From: Anaerolineales bacterium
GTDB taxonomy: Bacteria > Chloroflexota > Anaerolineae > Anaerolineales > E44-bin32
NCBI GenBank assembly: GCA_041302385.1
Contig: JBFYRF010000019.1
Span: 1-57,719 of the forward strand
Direction: 5' to 3'
DNA length: 57,719 bases
Made by a program: the position numbers and the translations under genes. Within the stretch, counting starts at the first letter, position 1; each line of letters begins with the position of its first letter. Shown piece by piece: positions 38,729 through 46,500 of this stretch. Under the pieces are notes generated by a model. The model did not search any database and had not been told where the DNA came from. It saw nothing but the letters and a program-made list of their open reading frames with translations.

Positions 38729-41356
38729 TCAAGGCGTGCGACGGCTCATGACGGCCTCCACCATCCACCGGCCAGCCTGCTCGGCGGACTGCAGGTCGGA
38801 TCCTTCCAGCACGACCACCACGACGGGCGCGCTCGCGTCGCCGGCGCGCCCCAGGTACCAGGCCACTCGATCGCCTTGCGCATCAACGATCGCCGTTGCA
38901 GAGTACGAAGGATGCGCGTCCCCGGGCTTCGTCAACGCAGCAGAGATCGCTTCCGCTGTCGCCTGGCCATAGGCGGGCTGCCCTTCCGCCAACGCAGGCC
39001 ATGCACGCCAATCGCCCAAGCCGCCGGATACGGCGTCCACGATTCGGATGGAGGGCAGCCTCCCGCCGCTGGCTGCCGCCCAGGCGCGTGCCATCGCCAG
39101 CGGATCGAGTGTCAGCGATCCCTGGCCGACCGCCAGCGCTTCGGCCGACATCGGCGGCGCATCGGTCCCGCCTGCACTTCCGCCTTCCAGCCCGAGATCC
39201 AGCGCCACAGCAGCCGCCTGCAACCCCTCCCACCCGATCTCTCTCCCCAGCGCTGCAAGCGGCGTCGGGCACCCGGCTTGCAGTGCGTCGGCCAGCTTCG
39301 GCCCGTCAGGTTGCCGGGCACAGGTCAAACTCCATCCGCTGAGTCGGAGCGGGGCCTCGATCTCCGGAGCGGCTTGATCCAGCGTCGCCTGCCCTGTTTC
39401 CAGAGCCCAAGCCACCAGCCAGGGGGCGAAGGCCAGGCCGGGCTGATACCCCGACTGGACCACGCGGTTGAGGAGCGGCGCCCCGGGGTCAGCGATCAGG
39501 TCAGCCCAGTCGACCTCCAGCGTTGTCGGGTCAAAGGTCGGAGAGGAGGCTTGGGCGAGCACGTCACCGCTGACCGGATCCAGCACGACGATCGCCCCTT
39601 GCGATCCAACCAGCGCGGCCGCGGCCTCAGCCTGGAGCTCGACCTCCAGCGTGAGCCGCACATCGGCACCCGAGGGGGGATACCCATACAGCAGCTGGTT
39701 GAGCGCCAGCTGCAGGACGGGCGCGCCGCTCTCGCCGCGCAGGACGGCGTCCATCGATTGCTCGATCCCCATCAGGCCGTAGATCGGCGAATCGAAGCCG
39801 ACCACGGCGCCGGCTACCGGCTCGGGATAGCGGCGCTCGAAGTCGCCGGGCGTCCCCACCGACTGGGCCAGTACGACTCCGTTCCGATCCAGGATGCGCC
39901 CACGCTGCGAGTAGCGCTCGTCCGCCACCCGGCGCAGGTTGTCTGTACGGCTGAGGATGGCCGGGGCTCGCACGACCATCCAGTAAACCGAGGCAGCTGC
40001 CAGGAGAAGGAACGCGGCCTGGAATCCGATGAACACCTTCTCGAATGTCCGCTGTGGTTGCGGCGGTCCATCGCCGCCGTCGGAAAGGATCAGCAGCAGG
40101 CTGAGACAGAGAAAGCTGGCGAGAAGCGAGGTTCCGCCGTAGGAGACGAACGGCAACGTGATCCCGGTCAGCGGGAGCAGGCGCAGCACGCCAGCCAGGA
40201 TGAACACGGTCTGCAGACCCAGGTTGACCGCCAGCCCCCCTGCCAGCAATTGCCGAAAAGGGTCAGAGGAGGTGGAGCCAATGCGCAGACCACGCCCGAC
40301 CAGGACGGCCAGCAGGGCGAGCAAAGCCAGCGCGCCGGCAAGCCCCCACTCCTCGCCGATCGAGACGAAGATGAAATCCGAATGCGCCACCGGGACATAC
40401 CCCGGCGAGCCAAGACCCGGGCCGCTCCCCAGCACGCCACCGGAAGCCAGCGCGATCAACGCCTGAACGATCTGATACGAACCGCCCAGCGGATCCTGCC
40501 AGGGATTGATCCACGCCGCCAGCCGGGCCTGCACCACCCCTGAGGCCGAAGCAGCCACCCCGGCGGCGGCGATGCCCAATAGCCCACTGACCAGAATCAC
40601 CTCCCAGCGACCGGAGGCCAGGTAGAGCAGCACGGTCAGCAGGGCGAGCAGCACCATGCCGCTCCCCAGATCGCGCTGCGCCAGCACGATGAGCGTCGAT
40701 GCACCCCAGACCGCCAGCAAGGGGATCATGGTGGCGATCAGGGATGGCCGGTCGCGGCGCCATCCGAACTGCACCCGATCGGCCAGATAGGAGGCGAAGA
40801 ACACGACCAGCAGCAGACGCAGCATCTCCGACGGCTGAAAGTACACGCCACAGCAGCCCAGCCACAGCCTGGGAGAGCCGCCGGACGGGTGTGTGCCGAA
40901 GACCAGCGTCATCCCGGTCAGCAGCAAGCCAAGCGCGAGCCACAGGTAGCGATAGGCGCGCAGCCAATTCAGATTGCGCGGGGTGGAGACCAGGGCGAGC
41001 ATTGCCAGCGTGGAGACGCCCAGCCAGGCCAGCTGCCGCAGGCCAAAGCCGGGCGTGAGCCGCCAGATCAGCAGCACCCCCCAACCCGCCAGCAGCATCG
41101 CCACGGGGAAGAGCAACGGATCGTGCCGGGGGAGACGGCGCCGCAGCCCTCGATGCCCCAACCCCGCCGCCAGCAGCCAGGCCGGCAACACGAACCAGTG
41201 CATATAGCCGACGTCGGCCGGAGTTCCTCCCGGTCTGACCATCGGTGCAATGGTCAAGGCGAGACAGGTCAGCCCCAGAAACGCGCAGGCTAACCCAAGC
41301 AGGATGAACTCAACTCGCTCCGCCGAGGGGGCGGATCTAGGGGAAGTAGCGACCAA
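38729..41356 (-). CDS. Single-polypeptide fusion: SEDS glycosyltransferase (FtsW/RodA/SpoVE family) plus class-B penicillin-binding-protein module with degenerate transpeptidase motifs
   Basis: The N-terminal ~415 aa are polytopic with SEDS motifs (VPVAHSDFIFVSIGEEWGLAG; GITLPFVSYGGTSL). An extra TM helix follows, then PBP-like blocks (RGRILDRNGVVLAQS; GAIVVLDPVSGDVLAQASSPTFDP; LLNRVVQSGYQPGLAFAP; VAWYLGRA). The start is uncertain: TTG at 41356 overlaps mtnP by 20 nt. Confidence 0.85.
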   Translation of the reverse strand: MVATSPRSAPSAERVEFILLGLACAFLGLTCLALTIAPMVRPGGTPADVGYMHWFVLPAWLLAAGLGHRGLRRRLPRHDPLLFPVAMLLAGWGVLLIWRLTPGFGLRQLAWLGVSTLAMLALVSTPRNLNWLRAYRYLWLALGLLLTGMTLVFGTHPSGGSPRLWLGCCGVYFQPSEMLRLLLVVFFASYLADRVQFGWRRDRPSLIATMIPLLAVWGASTLIVLAQRDLGSGMVLLALLTVLLYLASGRWEVILVSGLLGIAAAGVAASASGVVQARLAAWINPWQDPLGGSYQIVQALIALASGGVLGSGPGLGSPGYVPVAHSDFIFVSIGEEWGLAGALALLALLAVLVGRGLRIGSTSSDPFRQLLAGGLAVNLGLQTVFILAGVLRLLPLTGITLPFVSYGGTSLLASFLCLSLLLILSDGGDGPPQPQRTFEKVFIGFQAAFLLLAAASVYWMVVRAPAILSRTDNLRRVADERYSQRGRILDRNGVVLAQSVGTPGDFERRYPEPVAGAVVGFDSPIYGLMGIEQSMDAVLRGESGAPVLQLALNQLLYGYPPSGADVRLTLEVELQAEAAAALVGSQGAIVVLDPVSGDVLAQASSPTFDPTTLEVDWADLIADPGAPLLNRVVQSGYQPGLAFAPWLVAWALETGQATLDQAAPEIEAPLRLSGWSLTCARQPDGPKLADALQAGCPTPLAALGREIGWEGLQAAAVALDLGLEGGSAGGTDAPPMSAEALAVGQGSLTLDPLAMARAWAAASGGRLPSIRIVDAVSGGLGDWRAWPALAEGQPAYGQATAEAISAALTKPGDAHPSYSATAIVDAQGDRVAWYLGRAGDASAPVVVVVLEGSDLQSAEQAGRWMVEAVMSRRTP

Positions 41357-42209
41357 CGATCGGCCTCAGTCGTGCCAGGGTCTCCTGAGGGATCGCCTCG
41401 CGCCGTGTGATGAACGCATCCCGCAATGCGTCCGGGCACGAGCAGATCCGCTCACCGGCAAGCGAGCGCGTGAGCTCGACAAGACAAGCCTGCGCCAGGC
41501 GGGTGTTGGCATTGAGCGTGTCCAGGACCATCTCGACGCTGACCGGAGCCTGCTCGAGATGCCAGACATCGTAGTCGGTGACGTGCGCCATCACGGCATA
41601 GCACAGCTCGGCTTCCCTGGCCAGGAAGGCCTCCGGCGCGGTGGTCATGCCCACGATCGACATACCCCAGGAGCGGAAGGTGTTGGACTCCGCCCGGGTG
41701 GAGAAGCGCGGTCCCTCGATCGTGATGCTGGCGCCGCCGGCGTGGACCCGACCCCCGGCGCGGAGGGAGCTTTCCGCCAGCCGCCGGCTGAGATCAGGGC
41801 AGAACGGCTCCGGCGCGCTGACGTGCGCCACAAATCCCTTTCCGAAGAACGAACGCTCACGCTTGTGCGTCCAGTCGAAGAGCTGATCGGGAATCACCAG
41901 GTCGCCGGGGGAATAGTCGATGCGCAAGGAGCCGCAGGCGCTGATCGACACCACCCGGTCCACGCCCAGCATCTTGAAGGCGGCGATATTGGCGCGGTAG
42001 TTCACCTCGCTCGGAAGGATGACATGCCCGACGCCGTGCCGGGCTAGAAAAGCGACCCGCGTGCCGGCCAGCTGCCCGAGGATCACGGGTGAGCTCGGCG
42101 GGCCAAAGGGTGTATCCAGCTCCAGCCGAGACTCGATCTTCAGGTCATCCATCTCGTAGATGCCGGTCCCACCGATCACCCCCAGCGCAGGTTGGTCGCT
42201 ACCCATCAC
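41337..42209 (-). CDS. mtnP: S-methyl-5'-thioadenosine phosphorylase
   Basis: LGVIGGTGIYEM...FGPPSSPV...VAFLARHG.GH...PSEVNYRANIAAFKMLGV...SACGSL...PDQLFD...IEGPRFSTRAES...SIVGMTTAPEAFLAREAELCYA is typical of MTAP. Confidence 0.9.
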   Translation of the reverse strand: MMGSDQPALGVIGGTGIYEMDDLKIESRLELDTPFGPPSSPVILGQLAGTRVAFLARHGVGHVILPSEVNYRANIAAFKMLGVDRVVSISACGSLRIDYSPGDLVIPDQLFDWTHKRERSFFGKGFVAHVSAPEPFCPDLSRRLAESSLRAGGRVHAGGASITIEGPRFSTRAESNTFRSWGMSIVGMTTAPEAFLAREAELCYAVMAHVTDYDVWHLEQAPVSVEMVLDTLNANTRLAQACLVELTRSLAGERICSCPDALRDAFITRREAIPQETLARLRPIVGRYFP

Positions 42210-42741
42210 CGATGCCTCCCCTTTGCGCTTCGGCCGGCCCAGCGGACGAATCCTGCTCGTGCCTCACAGGGGCCGTAGCAGGCAGGAGCACATCCGCCGC
42301 CGGCTCGACCGAAGGCTGCACACCGCCCGCCTCTAGCCGGAATCCGACATTGCCAAACTGAACCCGGTCGCCATAGGTCAGGGCCAACGGCTCGCTCACC
42401 TCCAGCCCGTTAAGGCGCGTGCCATTTCGTGAGCCGAGGTCCTCGAGCAGCCAATGCCCCGATCCGAACGAAAGCCGGGCATGGTAGGACGAAACCGACG
42501 GATGATCGATGGGCATCGAGTTCCCGGGTGCCCGCCCGACGGTGTTCATGCCGGCCAGTGCGAACGAAGGTTGATTTTCCGTCGGAGGGTCGGGAACGAG
42601 ACTGGCCATCGGCAGCGCCGATCCCGCTGAAGGCACGCCGCGCAGGCCTCGACGGAGCTCCACCAGGATCACGACCAGGATCGTCAACAGCAGGGCCGCC
42701 AGCGTCAGTCGGACCAGCAGGAAAGCTACCGCCGTGGTCAT
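42199..42741 (-). CDS. Membrane-anchored FHA-domain protein (FhaB/FipA-like)
   Basis: The start at MTTAVAFLL (ATG, complement of 42739-42741) overlaps the upstream stop as ATGA. It has one TM helix. The FHA motifs are VGRAPGN...SVSSYHARL...DLGSRNGTRLNG. Confidence 0.8.
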   Translation of the reverse strand: MTTAVAFLLVRLTLAALLLTILVVILVELRRGLRGVPSAGSALPMASLVPDPPTENQPSFALAGMNTVGRAPGNSMPIDHPSVSSYHARLSFGSGHWLLEDLGSRNGTRLNGLEVSEPLALTYGDRVQFGNVGFRLEAGGVQPSVEPAADVLLPATAPVRHEQDSSAGPAEAQRGGIGDG

Positions 42742-43547
42742 CGGGCTTCCGCTGGCGAGGCCGGGAGGTCCTGCGAGTCCCCGCGCGCGGTGCGCACCTG
42801 TGGAGTGAATTCCGCAGTCGAGCCGCTCCCCTCCCCGGGGTCCTCGCCGTACACCAACGTGAACCGGCCAATTTGGATTACGTCGCCCGAGTGCAGCAGG
42901 CACTCGGAGACCAGCCGCCCATTCACCCGGCAGCCGCTGGCCGAGCCTAGATCAAAGAGCACGTAGCGGCCGCCGCGGGCGCGGACCTGGGCATGGGCGC
43001 GCGAGACGTCCGGACCATCCAGGCAGATGGCGTTCTCGAGCTTGCGGCCGATGGATATCACCGGGTGGCGCAGGGGGATATGCTCTTCACCGTCGATGAT
43101 CACGAATGCACCCGCCGGGCCTGAAGGAGCCTGAAGGCTTTGCACCTGCTCGGTCCGCGTGTCGTCCTTCGACTGCGCCGCATGCCAGGCCACAACACGA
43201 CACTCGTCTACTGGCACCGTCGGGTCGGCAACCACGCGCAGGGCAACCCCGTCAAGCGGGGCGAAATTCCTGTTGCGCAGCGCTTCGATCACCAGGTCCG
43301 CCAGGTGCAGTTCGAGCCCGGAGGCCTTGCCTTCGATCTGCGCCAGCGCCTGAGGGTGGAATGAAACCAGGAAATGATCCGGGGCGAGGCGCCTGCCGTC
43401 CGGGGTTGGGATCGCGCCTTGCTCCAAGGCCTGAAGCAGCTGCGCCATCACGATATCCGGCGGCTGCCCGGCGCCCAGCCAGCGCGGCAGGTGCGTCTCG
43501 ATCAGCCGTCGCAGGCGCCCTTCCCAGAGAGTCAGCGTGGAACTCAT
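42738..43547 (-). CDS. FhaA-like protein (N-terminal DUF3662-like domain plus C-terminal FHA), copy 2
   Basis: N-terminus: LWEGRLRRLIE...DIVMAQLLQALEQG...LAPDHFLVSFHPQAL. FHA: ISIGRKLENAICLDGPDVSRAHAQV...FDLGSASGCRVNG. Confidence 0.8.
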   Translation of the reverse strand: MSSTLTLWEGRLRRLIETHLPRWLGAGQPPDIVMAQLLQALEQGAIPTPDGRRLAPDHFLVSFHPQALAQIEGKASGLELHLADLVIEALRNRNFAPLDGVALRVVADPTVPVDECRVVAWHAAQSKDDTRTEQVQSLQAPSGPAGAFVIIDGEEHIPLRHPVISIGRKLENAICLDGPDVSRAHAQVRARGGRYVLFDLGSASGCRVNGRLVSECLLHSGDVIQIGRFTLVYGEDPGEGSGSTAEFTPQVRTARGDSQDLPASPAEAR

Positions 43548-43604
43548 GGGGGCATTATACGTGGGGACGACAGCGCCGGGCTGGGGTGTGCGGCCGGTCG
43601 GGGG

Positions 43605-44459
43605 TTACTTGCCCGAGCGCTTGTTGAGCTTCATCGTCCGCTTGACCAGGTCGGTCGGGAGGCGCAGGTCGAGCGGAGTGATCGTGTTGCGGTCCATGCG
43701 CGGCTTGGAGGGCGGCTGGTAGGGTGGCGTGAAGTCGGGAGGCCCTGCCAGGTCCTCACCGTAGATCAGATCAACCTTGGCCAGGGCGATCACATCCCCG
43801 GGCTCGAGCGTCTTCTCGCGCACCAGTTGGCCATTGACGCGCGTCCCCGCCGTCGAGTCCAGATCGAAGACGACATAGCGCCCTTCCCGGACGCGCAGCT
43901 GTGCGTGGCGCCGTGATACGTGCGGGTCGCCCAGCAGCAGGTCATTGTCCGGGCTCCGCCCGATGCCGATCACCGCTTTCTTCAGCGGGAAGTGGCGCCG
44001 CCCCTCTACGACCAGGAATGCGCCGGTCGGAATCTGCTCTTGGCCGGTCGGCTCCGGAGTGATGTTCTCGGTCAGTTGCAGTGGATCCCGGCTGTGCCAG
44101 GTGATCAGCCGCAACGCATGCTCCGGCAGCGTCGGGTCTGTGGCGATCGTGATATGCGGCGACCGCAGCAAGGCAAAGCCACAAGCCTGCAGCGCCTCGG
44201 CCAGCGCAGACGAGAGCTCCTCCTGCACGGGTGTCACCGCCTTCTCGGCCTGCGGCAGATCCTTGGACGAAAGGCTAAGCGTGTACTGGTCAGGCGCGTA
44301 GCGCGTGCCCTGCGGGTCGGTGCGCGAGGCGCCGCGCACCTCTTCGGCGAACTGGCGCGCCAGATCCGCGGCGGAGAGGCGGGCACTCGTCAGGCGCGGC
44401 AGGATCACCTCGAGGCGAGGCTGCAAATGGGCCTGAATGCGCGAGACGGTTTCGGCCAT
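43605..44459 (-). CDS. FhaA-like protein (N-terminal DUF3662-like domain plus C-terminal FHA), copy 1
   Basis: The start is at MAETVSRIQ (ATG, complement of 44457-44459). N-terminus: ...YAPDQYTLSLSSKDL. FHA: IGIGRSPDNDLLLGDPHVSRRHAQL...FDLDSTAGTRVNG. Confidence 0.8.
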   Translation of the reverse strand: MAETVSRIQAHLQPRLEVILPRLTSARLSAADLARQFAEEVRGASRTDPQGTRYAPDQYTLSLSSKDLPQAEKAVTPVQEELSSALAEALQACGFALLRSPHITIATDPTLPEHALRLITWHSRDPLQLTENITPEPTGQEQIPTGAFLVVEGRRHFPLKKAVIGIGRSPDNDLLLGDPHVSRRHAQLRVREGRYVVFDLDSTAGTRVNGQLVREKTLEPGDVIALAKVDLIYGEDLAGPPDFTPPYQPPSKPRMDRNTITPLDLRLPTDLVKRTMKLNKRSGK

Positions 44460-44511
44460 GGCGTTTAGGATTATAGTGCCAGCCCACGCCTCCGGCCATG
44501 GGAGCATCGGC

Positions 44512-44517
44512 TATACT
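44512..44517 (+). promoter_or_regulatory. -10-like box (TATACT) positioned for a leaderless archease mRNA
   Basis: TATACT ends exactly 6 nt before the in-frame GTG (44524), which gives a canonical archease N-terminus. Confidence 0.4.
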
Positions 44518-44523
44518 GGAAGC

Positions 44524-44934
44524 GTGACCGCCGAACCTTACCGCGAGCTCGATCACACTGCGGATCTAGCGCTCATGGCCCACGGTCGCGATCTCGCCGA
44601 GCTCTTCCGCAATGCGGCCGATGGGATGATCGCCCTTGCCGGCTACGAGCTTGAGGTGGGACCGGGCGCGGTGTGCAATCTCCGCCTCTCGGCGCCGGAC
44701 GGCGAGACACTGCTGGTCACCTGGCTTGAGGAGATTCTCGCACAAGCCGATGCCGAACACACCCTTCTGCAGGACTACACCTTGCGAGTGAGAGAAGCCA
44801 CCGTGCTCGAAGTTGAGGCCGTCGCCCTCCCCATTCGCCGAACCGACAAGGAGATCAAGGCGGTGACCTTTCACGAGTTGGCGATCCGTCCCGCCGAGGG
44901 CGGACTTGAGGCGACGATCGTCTTTGACGTCTGA
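44524..44934 (+). CDS. Archease (RtcB activator)
   Basis: [28 protein letters not shown]...[12 protein letters not shown]...ATIVFDV is the archease signature (HTAD, KAVT). The track ORF start (44437) overlaps the divergent FHA gene and is rejected. Confidence 0.85.
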   Translation: MTAEPYRELDHTADLALMAHGRDLAELFRNAADGMIALAGYELEVGPGAVCNLRLSAPDGETLLVTWLEEILAQADAEHTLLQDYTLRVREATVLEVEAVALPIRRTDKEIKAVTFHELAIRPAEGGLEATIVFDV

Positions 44935-44948
44935 GGCAGCCGGCTAGC

Positions 44949-46400
44949 ATGCCCCGCAAGCAGGACTTTGTTCGCCTGTCGCTCTACCGCTGGGAACTGC
45001 CCCGCAGTCACCGCATTGACATGCGCGTTCCGGTGCATCTTTTCGCCAGCGATGCGCTGCTTGAAAGCGCACTGGGGGATGCTTCACTGGAGCAGGCGAT
45101 CAACGCCACCACCCTCCCCGGCCTGGTGGGCCAGGTGTGCGTGATGCCGGATGTCCATCAGGGCTATGGGTTCCCGATCGGCGGCGTGGCCGCCAGCCGC
45201 CTCAGCGACGGCGTGGTGTCACCCGGGGCGATCGGCTATGACATCAAGTGCGGGGTTCGTCTGCTGGCGAGTCGCATCGAGGCCGAAGCCGCACGCTCGC
45301 ATCTGGCGGACCTTGCGACGGCGCTCTACAGCAACTGCCCCAGCGGCGTCGGCGCCAAGGGCAGCCTGCCGCTGAGCGCGCCGGAACTGGATCGAGTGTG
45401 CCGCGAGGGTGCGGGTTGGGCGCTCAAGCAGGGCTACGCCTCAAGCGAAGACCTGGCCAACACCGAAGAGTCCGGCCGAATCCAGGGGGCCGATCCGGCG
45501 CACGTCAGCGCTCGCGCCAAGGAGCGCGGCCGCCCCCAACTCGGCAGCCTGGGGGCGGGCAATCACTTCATCGAAGTCGATCGGGTCGATGAAGTATTCC
45601 ATCCGGAAGCCGCCCAGGCGATGGGCCTGCTGCAGGGGAACCTGGTGGTGCAGATCCACTGCGGCTCACGCGGCTTCGGACACCAGATCTGCTCGGACTA
45701 CGTGCGCGACCTGCAGCCGGCCGTCCGGCGCTTCGGCATCGAGCTGCCCGATCGGGAGCTGGTGTGCGCGCCAATCGGCTCGCCCGAGGGGCAGCGCTAC
45801 CTGGCCGCTATGGCCTGCGCCGCCAATTACGCCTTCGCCAACCGACAGCTCCTGGCGCATTACGCGCGACGCTCGTTCGAGCAAGTGTTCGCCGGGCGCT
45901 TGCGCGGCTGGGAGCTGCATCAGGTGTACGACATCGCCCACAACATGGGCAAGATCGAGCAGCACACCGTGGACGGCAAACAGGAACAGGTGTGTGTGCA
46001 CCGCAAGGGCGCCACGCGCGCCTTCGGGCCGGGCTTCCACGGATTGCCGGCAGCGTATCGACCGCTCGGCCAGCCGGTGCTGGTACCGGGGAGCATGGGC
46101 ACCGCCTCCTGGGTGCTGCTTGGCACCGCAGGGAGCATGCAGTTGTCGTTCGGATCAACCTGTCACGGCGCAGGCCGAGTGATGAGCCGCAAGCAGGCGA
46201 AGCGCTCGATCCGCGGCGAGCGCCTGCGCCAGGAGTTGGAGAGCGAAGGCATCCGAATCCGCACCGGCTCGCTTCCCGGCCTGGCCGAAGAAGCGCCGCA
46301 GGCCTACAAGGACGTGGATGCCGTGGTCGAGGTGGTGGTCGGTGCGGGAATTGCTGCCAAGGTTGCCCGCCTGCGGCCGTTGGTCGTGGTCAAGGGCTAG
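44949..46400 (+). CDS. rtcB: RNA-splicing ligase RtcB
   Basis: [56 protein letters not shown] and VVKG at the C-terminus. Confidence 0.97.
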   Translation: MPRKQDFVRLSLYRWELPRSHRIDMRVPVHLFASDALLESALGDASLEQAINATTLPGLVGQVCVMPDVHQGYGFPIGGVAASRLSDGVVSPGAIGYDIKCGVRLLASRIEAEAARSHLADLATALYSNCPSGVGAKGSLPLSAPELDRVCREGAGWALKQGYASSEDLANTEESGRIQGADPAHVSARAKERGRPQLGSLGAGNHFIEVDRVDEVFHPEAAQAMGLLQGNLVVQIHCGSRGFGHQICSDYVRDLQPAVRRFGIELPDRELVCAPIGSPEGQRYLAAMACAANYAFANRQLLAHYARRSFEQVFAGRLRGWELHQVYDIAHNMGKIEQHTVDGKQEQVCVHRKGATRAFGPGFHGLPAAYRPLGQPVLVPGSMGTASWVLLGTAGSMQLSFGSTCHGAGRVMSRKQAKRSIRGERLRQELESEGIRIRTGSLPGLAEEAPQAYKDVDAVVEVVVGAGIAAKVARLRPLVVVKG

Positions 46401-46500
46401 CGGGGTACACCGCCAGGCTCTCCGCCCTCCCCCTGGCCCGGTGCGCGGCGTGGTCAGCCACCGGCCCGCCCTCCGGGCAGACGGGGCCGATCGCCCGATG

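Noticed and set aside
38699-40543. 614-aa ORF on the plus strand
   Set aside because: It is antisense to the SEDS-PBP gene, whose motifs are clear on the minus strand. The translation is Arg/Gln/Gly-rich and not protein-like.
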